NCBI GenBank assembly: GCA_049414405.1
Contig: JBMSAQ010000014.1
Location: 1-7,463, forward strand
Reading direction: 5' to 3'
DNA: 7,463 nt
From: Candidatus Nanopusillus sp.
GTDB lineage: Archaea > Nanobdellota > Nanobdellia > Nanobdellales > Nanobdellaceae
Shown: positions 5,052 through 7,463 of the stretch, in pieces
How the letters are laid out: each line of letters begins with the position of its first letter
Numbering within the stretch: the first letter of the stretch is position 1
Notes under the pieces: generated by a model
What the model saw: only the letters and a program-made list of their open reading frames with translations
What the model was told of the DNA's origin: nothing
Databases searched by the model: none
Program-made: the position numbers and the translations under genes

Positions 5052-6356
5052 TTATGTATTTAATTTTACAATGTCTTCAAATATTTTATTAACATCTATA
5101 TTTTTATCGTATGAATCTATTACAATTCTGTATAAAGGTTCTGTCTGAGAATATCTTACCAATATTCTTAAATTATCCTTTAATAACTCTATACCATCTA
5201 AATCCTCATTTAAATCATTTAATGTAAATCCATTATTCTTTCCATATTCTTTTGCTTTATCAATTAAATTTGGATTATTTCTTGGTATATCTCTTTCTAA
5301 CCATGTAAATTCTGGAATATTTAAATTATTTATATCTACACCTCTTTTCATATATTTTAACAACATAAATGCGCCAAATAATGCATCATCTATATAATCA
5401 TTTTCAGCAAAATAAATATGACCTGTATATTCAATACATAAATATGCTCTATTTTGCTGACCAGCAAATTTAACAAAAGTATGACCAGGTCTTTTTACAA
5501 TTGCTTTTCCTCCTTTTTCTTCAATCAATTTTCTTAAATAAATTGGTAAAGATATCTCTAATACATATGTTCTATCCTTTTTAATAAATGGTATTATATA
5601 TTTATCCATCCCAATTTTATTTCCATACTTATCTGCTATACCCAGTCTATCTCCATCAGCATCAAAAATAAACCCGATATCCAAATCATTTCTATTTTTC
5701 ATCAATTCTTGTAAAGGTTTTATATTTTCATCTTTTGAAGGATCTGGTTCATGACCAGGAAAAGTTCCATCTATATTATCATTAATTGCCACAACTTCAT
5801 TTCCTAAATCTATCAATACATCCTTCATTAGAGCCAATACGGAATTTGAAGGATCATAACCAACTTTAAATCCACTTACTCCTTTAAATTTTTCTTTTAG
5901 ATGTTTCTTATAAATATCTGTTGCTCCATCGATAACTTCTAACATTCCTTCCTTTTGAGTAGGTCTTATATTTTCATATGTTAATTTTTCAATTTTATCA
6001 ATTTCTTCTTTTGGTAAATCATTCCCATCGCTTTTAATTGGTTTTATCCCATTATATTGTGAAGGATTATGAGATGCAGTTATCATTAATACTGGAATAT
6101 TATAAACTTTTGCTAAGTAGTGTGCCATTGGTGTAGATCCAATTCCAAAATCTATTACGTTATGTGTATAAACTAATGTTTCTACTAAAATATCTCTTAT
6201 TCTTGGAGATGATAATCTTATATCTCTTACAATCCCTATTGATTCATGGTTATTAAAATACCTCCCAAATGCATATCCAATTTTATATAACAATTCATCT
6301 GTTAATTCTTGCCCATAAATACCTCTAATATCATATAACTTAAATACTCCACCCAT
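5052..6356 (-). CDS. Phosphomannomutase/phosphoglucomutase (alpha-D-phosphohexomutase family)
   Basis: This is a 434-aa ORF. The N-terminus reads FKLYDIRGIYG. The catalytic loop is TASHNP with Ser95 (nt 6063-6080). The metal loop is FDADGDR (D232/D234/D236). The sugar-binding loop is IEYTGH (nt 5418-5432 encode EYTGH). The phosphate-binding loop is RYSQTEP (nt 5136-5156). All four signature loops occur in the canonical order. Confidence 0.9.
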   Translation of the reverse strand: MGGVFKLYDIRGIYGQELTDELLYKIGYAFGRYFNNHESIGIVRDIRLSSPRIRDILVETLVYTHNVIDFGIGSTPMAHYLAKVYNIPVLMITASHNPSQYNGIKPIKSDGNDLPKEEIDKIEKLTYENIRPTQKEGMLEVIDGATDIYKKHLKEKFKGVSGFKVGYDPSNSVLALMKDVLIDLGNEVVAINDNIDGTFPGHEPDPSKDENIKPLQELMKNRNDLDIGFIFDADGDRLGIADKYGNKIGMDKYIIPFIKKDRTYVLEISLPIYLRKLIEEKGGKAIVKRPGHTFVKFAGQQNRAYLCIEYTGHIYFAENDYIDDALFGAFMLLKYMKRGVDINNLNIPEFTWLERDIPRNNPNLIDKAKEYGKNNGFTLNDLNEDLDGIELLKDNLRILVRYSQTEPLYRIVIDSYDKNIDVNKIFEDIVKLNT

Positions 6357-6376
6357 AATATATTCAAAATTTTTAT

Positions 6377-6384
6377 TATTTAAA
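6377..6384 (-). promoter_or_regulatory. TATA-like box (TTTAAATA on the minus strand) upstream of the mutase gene
   Basis: On the minus strand, TTTAAATA lies 20-27 nt upstream of ATG6356. No SD is present. The context is AT-rich, so this is weak. Confidence 0.25.
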
Positions 6385-6439
6385 AATTATAATGACATTA
6401 TATTTAGTAGTAAAATTTGATTCAAATGATTTAATATAT

Positions 6440-6451
6440 TTTAAATTTTTA
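6440..6451 (+). promoter_or_regulatory. TATA-like box TTTAAATTTTTA upstream of tRNA-Tyr
   Basis: The box ends 26 nt before the mature 5' end at 6477. This would imply a short leader if the spacing matches the other genes. It is the identical 12-mer found upstream of the GT2 gene. Confidence 0.35.
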
Positions 6452-6476
6452 ATGATTTATTATAAAATATATAATA

Positions 6477-6571
6477 CCGGGCGTAGCTCAGCCTTGGTAG
6501 AGCGGCCGGCTGTAGTGGTTAAATTGGCCGCAGAGACCGGCAGGTCGTGGGGTCAAATCCCACCGCCCGGA
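6477..6571 (+). tRNA. tRNA-Tyr: tRNA-Tyr (anticodon GUA) with a 20-nt intron at the canonical 37/38 position; no encoded CCA
   Basis: I folded this by hand. The acceptor stem pairs CCGGGCG (6477-6483) with CGCCCGG (6564-6570), with discriminator A6571. The D stem pairs GCTC (6486-6489) with GAGC (6500-6503). The anticodon stem pairs GCCGG (6505-6509) with CCGGC (6537-6541). The loop is CT-GTA-G, then the intron, then A. The variable loop is AGGTC. The T stem pairs GTGGG (6547-6551) with CCCAC (6559-6563) around the loop GTCAAAT. The spliced length is 75 nt. C1:G72 is the archaeal/eukaryal tRNA-Tyr identity pair. Confidence 0.9.
6516..6535 (+). other. tRNA intron flanked by a bulge-helix-bulge (hBHBh') splice motif
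   Basis: The intron is TGGTTAAATTGGCCGCAGAG. The central 4-bp helix pairs C6510-T6513 with G6530-G6533 (C:G, U:A, G:C, U:G). The 5' bulge is A6514-G6515-T6516 and the 3' bulge is A6534-G6535-A6536. Each splice site falls after the second bulge nucleotide. The inner helix is G6517:C6529 and G6518:C6528, possibly extended by G:U pairs. The outer helix is the anticodon stem. Confidence 0.8.
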
Positions 6572-6572
6572 C

Positions 6573-6589
6573 TTTTATTTTTATTTTTT
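6573..6589 (+). terminator. Oligo-T tract after the tRNA (T4-A-T5-A-T6); likely tRNA terminator and possible TATA box for the next gene
   Basis: TTTTATTTTTATTTTTT starts 2 nt after the discriminator base. Its first part (6573-6583) is centred about 23 nt upstream of ATG6601. That is the same spacing seen for the other TATA-like boxes in this window. Confidence 0.5.
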
Positions 6590-6600
6590 AACAATTATTT

Positions 6601-7383
6601 ATGAGAAAATTATTATTAATTCCATCAACATTTACTGGAGAAAAAAGAGATCAAAAAATTAGAATATTTTTAATATCACAATTAGCAAGAGTGGCCGTTA
6701 ATTTTGGGATAAATGAAATAGGAATATATTATGATGATGATCTAAAATTTAATTCACATGGTTTGGGTAGATTTATTTTAAAAGTATTAAAATATTTAAA
6801 TACACCTCCATATATTAGGAAAATTGCATTTCCAATTGATAAAGAATTAAAATATATTGGTTCTTCTTTACCCTTAAATATATATTATCATAAAGATAGA
6901 ACAAGATATGAATATGTTTATATATTAGAAAGAGAAAAAGATAAGTTTTATGTAACAAATGGAGAAGAAAAATTTTATGTAAATATAAATAAAAAATATA
7001 GAAAAACAAATATATTAATTTATGATAAAGTAAATAAAAAATTATTATATCCATATGAAACAGAATTTTATTTTGGTTATGAAGTATTTTATTATAATAA
7101 ACCATTGGAAGAATTAATTAAAAAGTTAAAAAAAGAAAATTTTTATTTAATAGCAACATCTAGATATGGGGAAGATATAAAAAATGTAAAGATTGAAAAA
7201 AGAGATAAAATTGCAATTGCTTTTGGATCTTTTGCAAGAGGTATTGAGGATATGATAAAAAATTGGAAAGAAAAATTTGATATATCTATAAACATATGTC
7301 CAGACCAAAAATTAGAAACTATTAGAACTGAAGAAGCCATATATTATACTTTATCATTATTACATTATAAAGAAATAATATAA
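6601..7383 (+). CDS. SPOUT-superfamily putative RNA methyltransferase (DUF171 / Methyltrn_RNA_3 type, MTH1-like)
   Basis: This is a 260-aa ORF with three family-typical blocks. The first is LLLIPSTF...KIRIFLISQLARVAVNFGINEIGIYYDD (compare xxIPxS...K..xxGxIARAAAIFxVxEIxVY). The second is LKYLNTPPYIRKIAFPIDKELKYIGSSLPL (compare YLETPQYLRKxLFP...LkyaGlLpPL). The third is the C-terminal IAIAFGSFARGIEDMI...INICPDQKLETIRTEEAIYYTLSLL (compare FGgxxGL...vNxxPxQgsrTIRTEEAxxixL). The family assignment (PF02598/COG2106) is from memory. Confidence 0.8.
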   Translation: MRKLLLIPSTFTGEKRDQKIRIFLISQLARVAVNFGINEIGIYYDDDLKFNSHGLGRFILKVLKYLNTPPYIRKIAFPIDKELKYIGSSLPLNIYYHKDRTRYEYVYILEREKDKFYVTNGEEKFYVNINKKYRKTNILIYDKVNKKLLYPYETEFYFGYEVFYYNKPLEELIKKLKKENFYLIATSRYGEDIKNVKIEKRDKIAIAFGSFARGIEDMIKNWKEKFDISINICPDQKLETIRTEEAIYYTLSLLHYKEII

Positions 7384-7463
7384 ATCATCAGTTTTTGATA
7401 GTTATAATTTTTATAAATTATAATAAACTTATTTTAAAATATGTTATCAGAAGGTTTTGAATT

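Noticed and set aside
6425-6463. Direct repeat AATGATTTAATAT / AATGATTTATTAT (12 of 13 identical, 26 nt apart) in the divergent mutase/tRNA promoter region
   Set aside because: It could reflect duplicated promoter elements. It is AT-only, low-complexity sequence, and I cannot distinguish it from chance without genome-wide statistics.
6392-6604. 70-aa ORF in the supplied track
   Set aside because: It runs straight through the tRNA-Tyr gene and its intron. Its only non-low-complexity part is the translated tRNA. There is no reason to call it coding.
6815-7105. 96-aa minus-strand ORF inside the SPOUT gene
   Set aside because: It is antisense to a well-supported CDS. The translation is low-complexity and rich in I, L, F, Y and K, as expected from AT-rich antisense frames. 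I recognised no motifs.
7143-7340. 65-aa minus-strand ORF inside the SPOUT gene
   Set aside because: The reasoning is the same as for 6815-7105. It is an antisense shadow ORF overlapping the conserved C-terminal SPOUT block.
7441-7463. Possible start of the next gene (ATG7441, MLSEGFE...), with a TTTTTATAAATTA box about 26 nt upstream
   Set aside because: Only 7 codons fall inside the window, which is too little to call a CDS or a product.

Overview
This is a very AT-rich window (roughly three quarters A+T by eye, not computed) that looks archaeal. The archaeal call rests on a tRNA intron in a bulge-helix-bulge motif, a C1:G72 tRNA-Tyr, TATA-like boxes about 23-26 nt upstream of start codons with no convincing Shine-Dalgarno sites, and a DUF171-type SPOUT gene. 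The tRNA is a GC-rich island, which suggests a thermophile with an AT-rich genome. Nanoarchaeota/DPANN or an AT-rich crenarchaeon is my guess only.

Contents from left to right:
1. A vapBC-type toxin-antitoxin pair. A short antitoxin-like ORF (67-228) overlaps a PIN-domain VapC (191-568).
2. A 636-bp non-coding gap (569-1204). It holds an orphan perfect hairpin plus T6 (835-867). On the minus strand it holds what looks like the frameshifted 5' stub of a sugar-nucleotidyltransferase gene (920-1059).
3. A same-strand glycan-assembly cluster. It comprises a GT2 glycosyltransferase (1205-2098), a GT4 remnant with an internal deletion plus frameshift (2132-2774), an intact GT4 (2787-3971), and an FkbM-family methyltransferase with an uncharacterised N-terminal extension (4041-5012).
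4. A convergent phosphomannomutase/phosphoglucomutase (5052-6356, minus strand).
5. An intron-containing tRNA-Tyr(GUA) (6477-6571, 20-nt intron at 6516-6535).
6. A DUF171/SPOUT putative RNA methyltransferase (6601-7383) that starts only 29 nt after the tRNA.

I saw no CRISPR array, IS element, integrase or rRNA. I cannot defend any wholly new multi-gene system here. The points most worth a second look are:
- the tRNA trailer that seems to double as terminator and promoter for the SPOUT gene
- two decayed glycosylation genes next to intact ones
- the orphan hairpin in the long spacer
- the minimal, overlapping antitoxin paired with a VapC that has Glu at the first catalytic Asp position
- the unknown N-terminal domain on the FkbM methyltransferase
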